Positions 18,838 through 29,508 of a stretch of 64,000 bases of DNA are shown here, one piece after another. The stretch is from Acidimicrobiia bacterium (lineage in GTDB: Bacteria; Acidobacteriota; Vicinamibacteria; Vicinamibacterales; UBA2999): the NCBI GenBank assembly GCA_016871375.1, contig VFYY01000001.1, positions 6,616-70,615 of the forward strand, written 5' to 3'. Below the pieces are notes generated by a model. The model had not been told where the DNA came from, made no database searches, and worked only from the letters and a program-made list of their open reading frames with translations. The translations under genes and the position numbers were made by a program. The first letter of the stretch is position 1; every line of letters begins with the position of its first letter.

Positions 18838-20606
18838 TACTTAACCGTCTCCCTGACGACCTCTTCGATCGTCGTCACGCCGTCCTTGACCTTCCGCAAC
18901 CCGCTGCCGCGCAGCGTGATCATCCCTTCTTCCACCGCCTTGCGGCGCAGCTCCAGCGCGGAGGCGCCGACGAGGATCAGCTCGCGCAGCTCCTCGGTCA
19001 CTTCCATCACTTCATAGAGGCCGACGCGCCCCTTGTAGCCGGTGCCGTTGCACTTCTCGCAGCCCTTGCCGTGGTTCGGCACCACGGTCTTCGCGTCCTC
19101 GGGCGTGAACCCGGCCTGGATCAGCGCGGCCGGCGGCGTGGGCATCGGCTCCACGCAGTTCTTGCAGATGCGGCGCACGAGGCGCTGCGCGCACACGAGG
19201 TTCAGCGAGCTCGCCACCAGGAACGGCTCGATGCCCATGTTCATCAACCGGTTCACCGTGCTCGGCGCGTCGTTGGTATGGAGCGTGGAGAGCACCAAGT
19301 GGCCGGTGAGCGCCGCCTTCACCGCGATCTCCGCGGTCTCGAAGTCGCGGATCTCGCCGACGAGGATGATGTTCGGGTCCTGGCGCAGGAAGCTGCGCAG
19401 CGCGGCCGCGAAGTTGAGCCCGATGTTCTCGCGCACCTGCACCTGGTTGACGCCGACCAGGTTGAACTCGACCGGATCCTCGGCCGTCATGATGTTGGTG
19501 TCGATGGTGTTGATGCGCGAGATCGACGAGTAGAGCGTGTTCGTCTTGCCCGACCCGGTCGGGCCGGTCACCAGCACCATGCCCCACGGCTTCTGGATCT
19601 GCGTCTCGAACTTCGTCAGCGACTCCGGCTCGAACCCGAGCTTCGTCATGTCGAGCATCAGCTTGTCCTTGTCGAGCAGACGCATGACGATCTTCTCGCC
19701 GAAGAGCGTCGGCAGACAGGAGACGCGGAAGTCGATGTCCTTCGGGGAGCCGTTGTCCTGGAAGCGGATCTTGATGCGGCCGTCCTGCGGCAGGCGCTTC
19801 TCGGCGATGTCGAGCTTCGCCATGATCTTCACGCGCGAGGTGATCGCGTCGCGGAACTTCAGCGGCGGCGTCATGATGTTGTAGAGCAGCCCGTCCACGC
19901 GGTAGCGGACGCGGTACTCCTTCTCGTACGGCTCGATGTGGATGTCGCTCGCGCCCTTCTGAATCGCCGACATCAGGATGACGTTCACCAGCTTGATGAC
20001 CGGCGCCTCCTCGCCCTGCTTGGCGAGCATGTCGGCGCTGATCTCCTCGAGCTCCTCGAGGACCTCGACGTCGCCGGCGTCGGCGGTCAGCAGCGAGACG
20101 TCCTCGAGCGCCCTGCTGGCGACCTCGAGCGCGCTCGGCCCCGTGGACGACCCGCCCGCGCCGTTGCCGGCGGCGGCCGCGGCCTTGCCGTAGTACTTCG
20201 CGATCGCGTCCATCACCGCGAGCTCGGACGCCACCACCGGCTCGACGTTGTAGCCCGTCATGAACTTGATGTCGTCCATGGCGAACACGTTCGTCGGGTC
20301 GGTCATCGCAATCGTCAGCGTGGCGCCGGCGCGCGAGAGCGGCACGATCTGGTACTTCTGCGCGGTCTCGGCGGGCACCAGCTTGGCGACGGCGGGGTCG
20401 ATCTCGAACTGGGCGAGGGCGATCGAGGGCACGCCGTACTGCTTGCTGAGGAGCGAGGTGATCTCCTCGTCCTTGACGTAGCCCAGCTTGATCAGATTCA
20501 GGCCGAGCTTCCCCCCGTTCGTGCGCTGATAGTTCAGCGCCTCCTGCAACTGCTCCGGGGTGATGCGCTTCTCCTTGAGAAGCAGCTCGCCTATTCGAAC
20601 GGCCAT
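18837..20606 (-). CDS. pilB: Type IV pilus extension ATPase PilB (GspE family)
   Basis: N-terminal GSPII_E_N-type domain, Walker A GPTGSGKTNT, tetracysteine motif (CKNC...CEKCNGTGYKGR). 589 aa. Confidence 0.95.
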   Translation of the reverse strand: MAVRIGELLLKEKRITPEQLQEALNYQRTNGGKLGLNLIKLGYVKDEEITSLLSKQYGVPSIALAQFEIDPAVAKLVPAETAQKYQIVPLSRAGATLTIAMTDPTNVFAMDDIKFMTGYNVEPVVASELAVMDAIAKYYGKAAAAAGNGAGGSSTGPSALEVASRALEDVSLLTADAGDVEVLEELEEISADMLAKQGEEAPVIKLVNVILMSAIQKGASDIHIEPYEKEYRVRYRVDGLLYNIMTPPLKFRDAITSRVKIMAKLDIAEKRLPQDGRIKIRFQDNGSPKDIDFRVSCLPTLFGEKIVMRLLDKDKLMLDMTKLGFEPESLTKFETQIQKPWGMVLVTGPTGSGKTNTLYSSISRINTIDTNIMTAEDPVEFNLVGVNQVQVRENIGLNFAAALRSFLRQDPNIILVGEIRDFETAEIAVKAALTGHLVLSTLHTNDAPSTVNRLMNMGIEPFLVASSLNLVCAQRLVRRICKNCVEPMPTPPAALIQAGFTPEDAKTVVPNHGKGCEKCNGTGYKGRVGLYEVMEVTEELRELILVGASALELRRKAVEEGMITLRGSGLRKVKDGVTTIEEVVRETVK

Positions 20607-20649
20607 CTACGGACTGAAACGTGTATTAGGAACCGGCTGACAATTTCTG

Positions 20650-21612
20650 TCAAAAGGAAACGCGCGCCGCCAGGCCCCAGCCCTCCTCGTCGGCCGCCCC
20701 CCCTTTGACCGCGTATCCGTCCACGAAGACACCCGACCGCACCGCCACGCTGGCCCCCCCGGTGGCGCTTCGCTCCCGCCGGCCCACCATATTGAAACGG
20801 CCACCGGCCCGGATTCCGAACCGCCGCGCCTGGAACCACCGCTCGATCCCGGCGGCCACCACCCGGCGGTCCCCGCCGCCGGCGTCATACGACCGCAGGT
20901 CGGCATCGACGGCGACGGTCAACGGCCCGCCGGTCGCCCGCTCCGCGTCGAAGGCCGCGCCGGCCCGCACCTGGCGAGGCAGGCGAAAATCCTCGAATTC
21001 GGGCTGACCCACGTTCCGGACGACGGCTCCAAGCCGCACCGGACCGGCCACCGCGAGCACTCCCACATCCGCGTCGAATCGGTTGTGCGTGGCCCCCTCA
21101 CCAACGGTGCCGCGCACGTATTTCAGCGTGGTTCCGGCATGAACTCCGGGCGTCAGCGTCTGGACCAGCGTGACACCCAGCTGGCTGGCGGACAGCGACC
21201 GGGCGGGGAGTCCAACCCGTCTATCTTCTCGGTCTGGTGTGCCCTGTCCTGTAGGGCTGAATGGCTGTATGTCTGTGAGCCGAAAGCGGTAATAGCCGAT
21301 TCCGAATGGCGGCGTCGCAAGCGTGAACGAGGTCGTCCGGTGGCGCCAGGCCGGCAGCGACTCCTCCGCCTCGGTCGCGGCCCTTGCCAGCGCCATGTCC
21401 ATGAACGGGCCCGCGGCAAGCCCACCCGGATTCCACCAGATGGCACTCGAATCAGACGCAACCGCGACGAAGGCTCCCCCCATCCCAAGCGCACGCGGAC
21501 CAGTCGATTCGATGATTTGGGCAGACGCCGGAACGCTGAGGCCGAGGCAAAGCAGTGTAATACTGACCAGCTGGTCGCGCCGCCCGGCGGTATAATTTTT
21601 TTGATTACTCAA
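20650..21612 (-). CDS. Putative outer-membrane beta-barrel protein
   Basis: The C-terminal residue is Phe (...GLAARVSF) and the body has alternating beta-strand-like patterns. It carries the motif ALGMGGAFVAVASDSSAIWWNPGGLA seen in FadL/PorV-like barrels. I propose a TTG start at 21612, giving a signal peptide (M)SNQKNYTAGRRDQLVSITLLCLGLSVPASA-Q. The long ORF-track extension is rejected; the start is uncertain. Confidence 0.6.
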   Translation of the reverse strand: MSNQKNYTAGRRDQLVSITLLCLGLSVPASAQIIESTGPRALGMGGAFVAVASDSSAIWWNPGGLAAGPFMDMALARAATEAEESLPAWRHRTTSFTLATPPFGIGYYRFRLTDIQPFSPTGQGTPDREDRRVGLPARSLSASQLGVTLVQTLTPGVHAGTTLKYVRGTVGEGATHNRFDADVGVLAVAGPVRLGAVVRNVGQPEFEDFRLPRQVRAGAAFDAERATGGPLTVAVDADLRSYDAGGGDRRVVAAGIERWFQARRFGIRAGGRFNMVGRRERSATGGASVAVRSGVFVDGYAVKGGAADEEGWGLAARVSF

Positions 21613-21675
21613 AACCGTAGAGAGGAACAGACGCAAAATCGTAATCGTATCAGGAGTTTGGGTGACATCGCCCGG

Positions 21676-22353
21676 ATGCTCGGCATCATCCATTCGCCCC
21701 GCATCACGCTCACGGCCGTGGCCGCCGACCCCCGCTGGGGGCCGGTGATGGCGCTGACCTTTGTCGTCAGCCTGGTCAGCAGCGCCGCGCTCCTGGCGAC
21801 CGACGTCGGGCAACTGGCGCTGGTGGACCAGTGGGAGCGCGCGGCGATCGCCTTCGGCCAGCCGGTGGACGATGCGCAATACGCGGCGATGCTGGACGCC
21901 AGCGAGAGGGGCAGCACGGTGTACGCGGCGGCGAGCTCGCTGCTGAGCGGACCAGTGCTGGCGGTGGGGCTCGCCGCACTCCTCTACGTGGTGTTCGCGC
22001 GAGGCGCAGCCGGCGTCACCTACCGGCAGGTGCTGGCGGTGGTCGTGTACGCGGGGGTGATCCTCGCGGCGCGGCAGGTGATCGCCGCGCCCGTGAATTA
22101 CGCGCGCGAGACGCTGGCGAGCCCGACCACGGCGACGGTGCTGTTCACGATGCTCGACGAAGCGTCGCCGCTCGCGCGGTTCTTCGGCGTGATCGACCTG
22201 TTCGTGCTCTGGTGGATTGGCGTGCTGGCGGTCGGCATGTCGGTGCTCACGCGCCGGCCGGCCCGCCCCCTCGCCATCACGTTCGTCGGCGCCTACATTA
22301 CGCTCGCACTCGTGCTCGCGATCGTCATGGCGGTGACGGGAGGAACCGCGTGA
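21676..22353 (+). CDS. Yip1-domain-like polytopic membrane protein
   Basis: 225 aa from ATG 21676 (MLGIIHSPRITLTAVAADPRWG...) with about 5 hydrophobic segments. The stop overlaps the GTG start of the adaptor gene. Family assignment is by general resemblance only. Confidence 0.6.
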   Translation: MLGIIHSPRITLTAVAADPRWGPVMALTFVVSLVSSAALLATDVGQLALVDQWERAAIAFGQPVDDAQYAAMLDASERGSTVYAAASSLLSGPVLAVGLAALLYVVFARGAAGVTYRQVLAVVVYAGVILAARQVIAAPVNYARETLASPTTATVLFTMLDEASPLARFFGVIDLFVLWWIGVLAVGMSVLTRRPARPLAITFVGAYITLALVLAIVMAVTGGTA

Positions 22354-23729
22354 CACGGAAGAGGAAGTGGATCATCGGCGGCGTGCTCCTGCTCCTCGTC
22401 GCGGGAGGCGGCGCGGGTGCGTACGTCGCCAACCGGCCGAACCTGCCGCAGGTGACGGCCGAAGCGCTGCGCATCCGCGACCTCGAGGCGATCGTCTCCG
22501 CCTCCGGCAAGATCCAGCCCAAGCGGCAGATCAACGTCTCGGCGAACACGATGGGGCGTGTGACGCGCCTGGCCGTCGAGGAGGGCCAGCGCGTGCGCGC
22601 CGGACAGTTCCTGCTCGAGATCGACCCGCGATCGCTCGAGGGCATGCTGCAGCGCGGCGAAGCGAGTGTGGCGGCGGCGCGGTCGTCGATGCAGCAGGCG
22701 CGCACCAACGTCGAGCAGGCGCGCGTCGGCCTCGATCTCGCGCGGCAGAACCTGCGCCGGCAGGAGGAGCTGTGGAAGGGCGGCCTGACGTCGCGTGAAG
22801 CGCTCGACCGCGCGCAGAACGAGGTCGCCAGCCGCGAGCAGGAGCTGAAGGCGCGCGAGCAGGACATCCAGACGCGCGAGGAGCAGATCCGGCAGGAGCA
22901 GGCCGGCCTCGCGACCACGCGCTACAACCTGAGCCAGGTCATCATCAACGCGCCGATGGACGGCATCGTGACGCGCCGCAACATCGAGGAGGGCGAGACG
23001 GCCGTCGTCGGCACGATGAACAACGCCGGCACGGTGCTGCTGACGATCGCGGACATGTCCGTGATCGAGGCGGAGGTCGAGGTCGACGAGACCGACATTC
23101 CCACCGTCACGATCGGCCAGGAGGCGCGCGTCACCATCGACGCGGTGCCCGACCGGACGTTCCGCGGCCACGTGACCGAGATCGGCAACAGCCCGATCCA
23201 GGCGACCGGCCAGACGACCACGACCACGCAGCAGGCGACCAACTTCAAGGTGGTGATCACGCTCGACGAGCAGGTGCCCGACGTGCGTCCCGGCTTCACG
23301 TGCACGGCCGAGATCACGACCGCGACGCGCACGAGCGTGCTGTCGGTCCCCATTCAGGCGCTCACCGTGCGCGAGATGCTGTTCGACGACGCGGGCACGC
23401 TCATCCACGAGCCGCCTCCCCCGCCGCCGCGCCGCTTCCGCTTCGGTCCCCCCAACCCGGAGCCGAGCGTCGCCGCCGCGCCGCCCGAACCTGGCCCGGG
23501 CCAGACGCGCGAGGAGATCGAGGGCGTGTTCGTCATGCGCGACGGCCGCGCCGTCTTCGTGCCGGTCAAGGTCGGCATCGCCGGCGAGCGCTTCTTCGAG
23601 GTGGTGTCGGGATTGAAGGAGGGCGACCGGGTGATCACGGGGCCGTTCGCGTCGGTGCGCGAGCTGGCCGACGGAGCCCAGGTGCGCCTGCAGGAGCCGC
23701 CGGCGCGATCGCAGCCGGCCGCGCCGTAA
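22350..23729 (+). CDS. HlyD/MacA-family periplasmic adaptor (membrane fusion protein)
   Basis: GTG start at 22350 (VTRKRKWIIGGVLLLLVAGGG TM anchor). Lipoyl-like motif (GRVTRLAVEEGQRVRAGQFLLEIDP), long coiled-coil (QQARTNVEQARVGLDLARQNLRRQEEL...), beta-barrel region. Unusual PPPPPPRRFRFGPPNPEP insert. Confidence 0.85.
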   Translation: MTRKRKWIIGGVLLLLVAGGGAGAYVANRPNLPQVTAEALRIRDLEAIVSASGKIQPKRQINVSANTMGRVTRLAVEEGQRVRAGQFLLEIDPRSLEGMLQRGEASVAAARSSMQQARTNVEQARVGLDLARQNLRRQEELWKGGLTSREALDRAQNEVASREQELKAREQDIQTREEQIRQEQAGLATTRYNLSQVIINAPMDGIVTRRNIEEGETAVVGTMNNAGTVLLTIADMSVIEAEVEVDETDIPTVTIGQEARVTIDAVPDRTFRGHVTEIGNSPIQATGQTTTTTQQATNFKVVITLDEQVPDVRPGFTCTAEITTATRTSVLSVPIQALTVREMLFDDAGTLIHEPPPPPPRRFRFGPPNPEPSVAAAPPEPGPGQTREEIEGVFVMRDGRAVFVPVKVGIAGERFFEVVSGLKEGDRVITGPFASVRELADGAQVRLQEPPARSQPAAP

Positions 23730-23730
23730 C

Positions 23731-24954
<1,224 letters not shown>

Positions 24955-24955
24955 C

Positions 24956-26266
24956 ATGGGGTTCCGCCGACCGAGCGTCCGTATCGGCCTGCTGCGGGAG
25001 GTCGTCCACCTCGCGCTCGACACCCTGCGGACCAACAAGCTGCGCTCGGGCCTGACCGTCCTCGGCGTCGTCATCGGCATCACGGCCATCGTCGGCATGA
25101 CGTCGCTCATCCGCGGCTTCGACCAGTCGCTGCGCGACAGCATCCGCGAGCTCGGCCCGAGCACGGTGTTCCTCGCAAAGTTCAGCGGCATCAGCCTCGC
25201 CGCCGGCAACTCCTTCGACGACCTGCTCAGGCGTCCCAACATCACGGTGGACGATGCGACGGCGATCGAGAAGCTGGCGCCGTCGGTGGGCATCGTGGAC
25301 ATCTGGCTCGGCGCCGGCGGTCCGCCGACGCAGGCGCGCGTCACCTACGACGGCGAGCGGACGAAACAGCTCGCGGTGCTCGGCGCAACCGAGAACTTCG
25401 CCGAGGTGAACTTCCTGAAGCTCGAAGCCGGCCGGTTCTTCACCGAGGGCGAGGTCGCGCGGCGGCGGAACGTCGTCGTCCTCGGTGACACGCCGTACCA
25501 GGCGCTCTTCGGCAAGTCGGGGCTCGACCCGGTCGGCAAGAAAGTCCGCATCGGCCAGTCCGAGTACACGGTGATCGGCGTCGTCGGCAAGCGCCCGGCG
25601 GCGGGCGGGTTCAACCTCGGCCAGGACGATCTGGTGGTCATCCCCGAGACCACCTATCGCAAGCAGTTCGGCATCCGGATGTTCCGGCGCGGCGACGGCA
25701 TCATCCACCAGAGCGTGCTCATCGTGGCGGCGCCGCGCGTCGAGAGCGAGCGCGACACGCTGATTGCCGAGATCCAGGAGATCATGCGCATCCGCCACGG
25801 CCTGAAGGTGGACGAGGCGAACGACTTCGACATCGGGACGCAGGACGCCGCGCTGCGCGTGTGGGAACAGGTGAGCCGCGCGGTGCTGCTGGCGCTGGTC
25901 GTCATCTCGTCGATTGCGCTGATGGTCGGCGGCATCGGCGTGATGGCCATCATGATGATCTCGGTCACCGAGCGGACGCGCGAGATCGGCGTCCGCAAGG
26001 CGCTTGGCGCGCGCCGCCGCGAGATCCTCTTCCAGTTCCTCGCCGAGGCGGTCGTGCTGACGGCCTTCGGCGGCATCCTCGGGATTGCCTGCGGCAGCGC
26101 CATCGGCATGCTGGTCAACGTGGTGACCGGCTTCCCCGTGTCGCTGCCGTGGTGGTCGTTCGCGCTCGGGCTCGGGTTCTCGGCGGCGGTCGGTATCTTC
26201 TTCGGCATGGTACCCGCGGTGCGGGCAGCACGCCTCGACCCGATTGAAGCCCTCCGCCACGAATAG
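24956..26266 (+). CDS. MacB/FtsX-type ABC transporter permease, second paralogue
   Basis: Same architecture as the preceding gene (LALDTLRTNKLRSGLTVLGVVIGITAIV...; ERTREIGVRKALGARRREI). Confidence 0.87.
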   Translation: MGFRRPSVRIGLLREVVHLALDTLRTNKLRSGLTVLGVVIGITAIVGMTSLIRGFDQSLRDSIRELGPSTVFLAKFSGISLAAGNSFDDLLRRPNITVDDATAIEKLAPSVGIVDIWLGAGGPPTQARVTYDGERTKQLAVLGATENFAEVNFLKLEAGRFFTEGEVARRRNVVVLGDTPYQALFGKSGLDPVGKKVRIGQSEYTVIGVVGKRPAAGGFNLGQDDLVVIPETTYRKQFGIRMFRRGDGIIHQSVLIVAAPRVESERDTLIAEIQEIMRIRHGLKVDEANDFDIGTQDAALRVWEQVSRAVLLALVVISSIALMVGGIGVMAIMMISVTERTREIGVRKALGARRREILFQFLAEAVVLTAFGGILGIACGSAIGMLVNVVTGFPVSLPWWSFALGLGFSAAVGIFFGMVPAVRAARLDPIEALRHE

Positions 26267-26267
26267 C

Positions 26268-27839
26268 GTGTGGAACGCCACCCGGTGGTATCTGCCCGCC
26301 ATCCTCCTCGGTATCTATCCTGTCGTCACCGTCATCGGTGCGAATCTCGGCGTCGTCCCGTTGACTCCGTCCATCGTCGCCCGCTCGCTCGCCTTCTCGG
26401 CCGGCGTCGTCGTCGTCATCCTGATTGGCCTGCGGATGGTTCAGCGGGACCTTGCCCGACGAGCGTCGTGGCTGGCGTGGCTGCTGCTGCTGCTCGCGTT
26501 CTATTCAGCGGTGGTGCTGCTCGCGGAACGGCTCGGCTATGTGAACGTCTACGCCGGCGATCCGGGCTTTGCCGCCACCTATGGTCTCGTCGCGGCAGCC
26601 ATCGCAACCGCAGTCAGTCGCCCCTGGAAGACACACGCCCGCGAGCCGAAGGCCTTTCTCCTGGTGGCCGTCGGGCTGGTCCTCGTGACACTGGCGCCAG
26701 GGCTTGTCGCGGCGGCACGCGGACGGGCCGCGGCCTGGAGACCCGCGGCTGACGCGGTGATCGCGGGGTCGCTGTCCGAGGCCCCACGGGGGGCGGTGGC
26801 GCCTGAGCGCGACATCTACTACGTCGTGGTCGACGGCCTGGGACGGCGCGACGTCGTCGAGGAGTTCTACGAGGTCGACCTCGCTCCCTTCGCGGACGAC
26901 CTGACCGCGAGGGGGTTTTATGTTGCGGAGCGCGCGCGCGCCAACTACGCGCAGACGTTTCTGTCGCTCGCCTCGGCGCTCAACATGACCTATCTGGATG
27001 CGATCGCCGCCGAGGTCGGCGTGTCGGCCGAGGGCCGACAGCCGCTGATGTATCTCATCCAGCAGAACGCGCTGATGCGAGCGGCGTCGCGCGCCGGTTA
27101 CCGGGTCATCGCCGTCGGCTCGGACTACATGGCGACGGAACGGTTCGCGCGCGCGGACATGTGCCTCTGCAGCCAGCACGGGCTGGACGATTTCGAGCTG
27201 GCGGCGCTGGAGTTGACGCCGCTCGCGGCGCTGCCGGCAGGCTGGCTGCGGGAGGACTCATACGATGCGCACCGGCGGAAGGTCACCGACTCGTTCGCCG
27301 GGCTCGAGCAGTCCGCGGCGCTGGCGGGGCCGAAGTTCGTGTTCGCTCACCTGATGGTGCCGCATCCTCCGTTCGTGTTCGCCGCCGACGGCGCGCCCCG
27401 GCACCCCCGCGGGGGAATGTTCGGCGACGGGGACGGCTTTCCCGGATCGCGCGCCGAGTACGTGGCCGGCTACCGCGACCAGGTGCAGTTCGTGACGGCA
27501 CGGCTGTCGGCGGTTGTGGATGCGGTCCTGCGCGCGCCGGGACCACGACCGGTCATCGTCATCCACGCGGATCACGGCCCCGGATCGAGACTCGTCTGGA
27601 ACGATCCGCGCAGGACCAGCATGCGCGAGCGGTTCGGTATCTTCGCCGCGTTCTATTTCCCGGACGGCCCGGCCGGGCTGTACCCGGCAATCACGCCGGT
27701 GAACGCGACGCGCGTGCTCGCCTCGAGATACCTCCACGCCAATCTCGCGGTCTTGCCGGACATGAGCTTCTTCTCCACCTGGAACCGGCCGTACAACTTC
27801 TTGAGGGTGCCGGCGGACGATCCGCCGCGCTCCGACTAG
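26268..27839 (+). CDS. Paralogue 1 of 5: membrane-anchored alkaline-phosphatase-superfamily (sulfatase/LtaS/EptA-like) protein
   Basis: N-terminal region with about 5 hydrophobic segments (RWYLPAILLGIYPVVTVIGANLG...). The soluble domain carries DIYYVVVDGLG, NYAQTFLSLASALN, YDAHRRK, FVFAHLMVPHPPF and IVIHADHGPG. I prefer the GTG at 26268, 1 nt after the upstream stop, by alignment with the paralogue N-termini; the ORF track starts at 26244. Confidence 0.75.
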   Translation: MWNATRWYLPAILLGIYPVVTVIGANLGVVPLTPSIVARSLAFSAGVVVVILIGLRMVQRDLARRASWLAWLLLLLAFYSAVVLLAERLGYVNVYAGDPGFAATYGLVAAAIATAVSRPWKTHAREPKAFLLVAVGLVLVTLAPGLVAAARGRAAAWRPAADAVIAGSLSEAPRGAVAPERDIYYVVVDGLGRRDVVEEFYEVDLAPFADDLTARGFYVAERARANYAQTFLSLASALNMTYLDAIAAEVGVSAEGRQPLMYLIQQNALMRAASRAGYRVIAVGSDYMATERFARADMCLCSQHGLDDFELAALELTPLAALPAGWLREDSYDAHRRKVTDSFAGLEQSAALAGPKFVFAHLMVPHPPFVFAADGAPRHPRGGMFGDGDGFPGSRAEYVAGYRDQVQFVTARLSAVVDAVLRAPGPRPVIVIHADHGPGSRLVWNDPRRTSMRERFGIFAAFYFPDGPAGLYPAITPVNATRVLASRYLHANLAVLPDMSFFSTWNRPYNFLRVPADDPPRSD

Positions 27840-27923
27840 AAGATCCCCTATGGAGGAACACGCGGTATCGGCGCGCCACGCAAACCGCTACAGTCGGCTG
27901 CGGCCTGCGCCGAGAGAGATCGT

Positions 27924-29507
27924 ATGCCGCGAGTCCGCGTCCCGGTGCGCCCGCTGATGGTCCGTGCGTGGGGGGTGGTGCGCTGGTGTCTGCCCGCGCT
28001 CCTGCTGGCTGTCGCCCCGTTGATGGTCGTATTCGGCGCCAATCTCGCCACTGTGCCGCTGCGCCAGGTCGTCGTCGTGCGGTCGCTCCTGGCGGTCGCC
28101 GGGACGGTGCTCCTGATGCTGTGGGGGCTGCGCTGGGCGCAGCGCGACCTCGCTGCGCGGGCGACGTTTCTGGCATGGTTCCTCCTGCTGTTCACCATGT
28201 ACGAGCCGGCGGCGCAGGGTCTTCGCGCGTTCGGCCTGCAGATCTGGGCCCGGGACGCGCTGTTCGCCGTCCCGTACCTCGTCGCGATCACCGCGATCGC
28301 GGCCCTCGTGAGCCGCCCGTGGGAGACGCGCCCGCGCGACCCGGTTCCCCTCACGCTGGTCGGAGGCTTCTTCGTCTTCATTGCCCTGGCGCCGGCGGCA
28401 ACCGCCGAACGGCCGGCGGCGCCGCTCTGGCGTGGAGCAGCGGACGCGATCATCGAGTCCGCTCTCTCGAAGATGCCCGCCGCACCGGCGCCGCCGTCGC
28501 GCGATATCTACTACATCGTGCTCGACGGCATGGGCCGCGCCGACACCCTGCTGGACAAGCACGCGGTCGATCTCGAACCACTGATCGCGACGCTTCGGGC
28601 GAAGGGCTTTTATGTACCCGACGCCGCACGCAGCAACTACTCGCAGACCTACCTGTCGTTGTCGTCAACGCTCAACATGAGCCACCTCCAGGACATCGTC
28701 CGGGTCGTCGGCACGGAGACGGACAACCGCGATCCGCTGCAGTACCTGATTCAGGAAAACGCGTTGATGCGCATGGCCGCGCGCGCCGGCTACTCCATCG
28801 TGGCGATCGGCTCCGACTACATGGCGACCCAGGAATTCGACCGTGCCGACGTCTGTGTGTGCAGGCTCGAAGGGCTCGACGAGGTCGAGCTCGCCGCGAT
28901 GGCACTGACGCCGCTGGCCGCGTTGCCGCCCAGTCTGTGGGCGACCGATCCGTATGACGCGCACCGGCGGAAGATCCTCGACGGGTTCGAGGCGCTCGAG
29001 GCGTACACCCCGTCGTCGAGGCGGTCCTTCGTCTTCGCCCACATCATTGCCCCGCACCCTCCCTTCGTCTTCGGGAAGGACGGCCGTGCGCTGCGCCCGT
29101 CCGCGCGCTACAGCCTCGCGGACTGGCGGGGCTTCGGCGGAACGCACGAGCAGTACGTCAAGGGCTACGGCGAACAGACGGAGTTCATCCTGCGTCGAAC
29201 GGTGGCGGCGATCGAGGCGATCCTCCGGCGCCCCGGGCCGGCGCCGATCATCGTCGTGCACGGCGATCACGGGCCGGGGTCGATGGTGCGGTGGGAAAAA
29301 CCGAGCGACGAGAACGTCCGCGACCGGATGGCGATCTTTGCCGCGTACTACTTTCCCGACGGCGCCGCGGATCTCTATCCGACGATGACGCCGCTCAATG
29401 GGGCGCGCGTGCTCGCGCGCCAGTTCGGCGCCGAGCTGCCACGGCTCCCTGACGACAGCTTCTTCGCGGAGTGGAACCGCCCGTACGTGTTCATGCCCGT
29501 GCCCTAG
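27924..29507 (+). CDS. Paralogue 2 of 5: membrane-anchored alkaline-phosphatase-superfamily protein
   Basis: Motifs DIYYIVLDGMG, NYSQTYLSLSSTLN, YDAHRRK, FVFAHIIAPHPPF, IVVHGDHGPG and a conserved CVC. ATG preceded by a leader conserved with paralogue 3. Confidence 0.8.
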   Translation: MPRVRVPVRPLMVRAWGVVRWCLPALLLAVAPLMVVFGANLATVPLRQVVVVRSLLAVAGTVLLMLWGLRWAQRDLAARATFLAWFLLLFTMYEPAAQGLRAFGLQIWARDALFAVPYLVAITAIAALVSRPWETRPRDPVPLTLVGGFFVFIALAPAATAERPAAPLWRGAADAIIESALSKMPAAPAPPSRDIYYIVLDGMGRADTLLDKHAVDLEPLIATLRAKGFYVPDAARSNYSQTYLSLSSTLNMSHLQDIVRVVGTETDNRDPLQYLIQENALMRMAARAGYSIVAIGSDYMATQEFDRADVCVCRLEGLDEVELAAMALTPLAALPPSLWATDPYDAHRRKILDGFEALEAYTPSSRRSFVFAHIIAPHPPFVFGKDGRALRPSARYSLADWRGFGGTHEQYVKGYGEQTEFILRRTVAAIEAILRRPGPAPIIVVHGDHGPGSMVRWEKPSDENVRDRMAIFAAYYFPDGAADLYPTMTPLNGARVLARQFGAELPRLPDDSFFAEWNRPYVFMPVP

Positions 29508-29508
29508 C

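Noticed and set aside
20607-20649. The short pilB upstream spacer, considered as a sigma-54 promoter.
   Set aside because: No GG-N10-GC element is present. Only the TGACA-N5-TGTCA palindrome is there, and it is reported separately.
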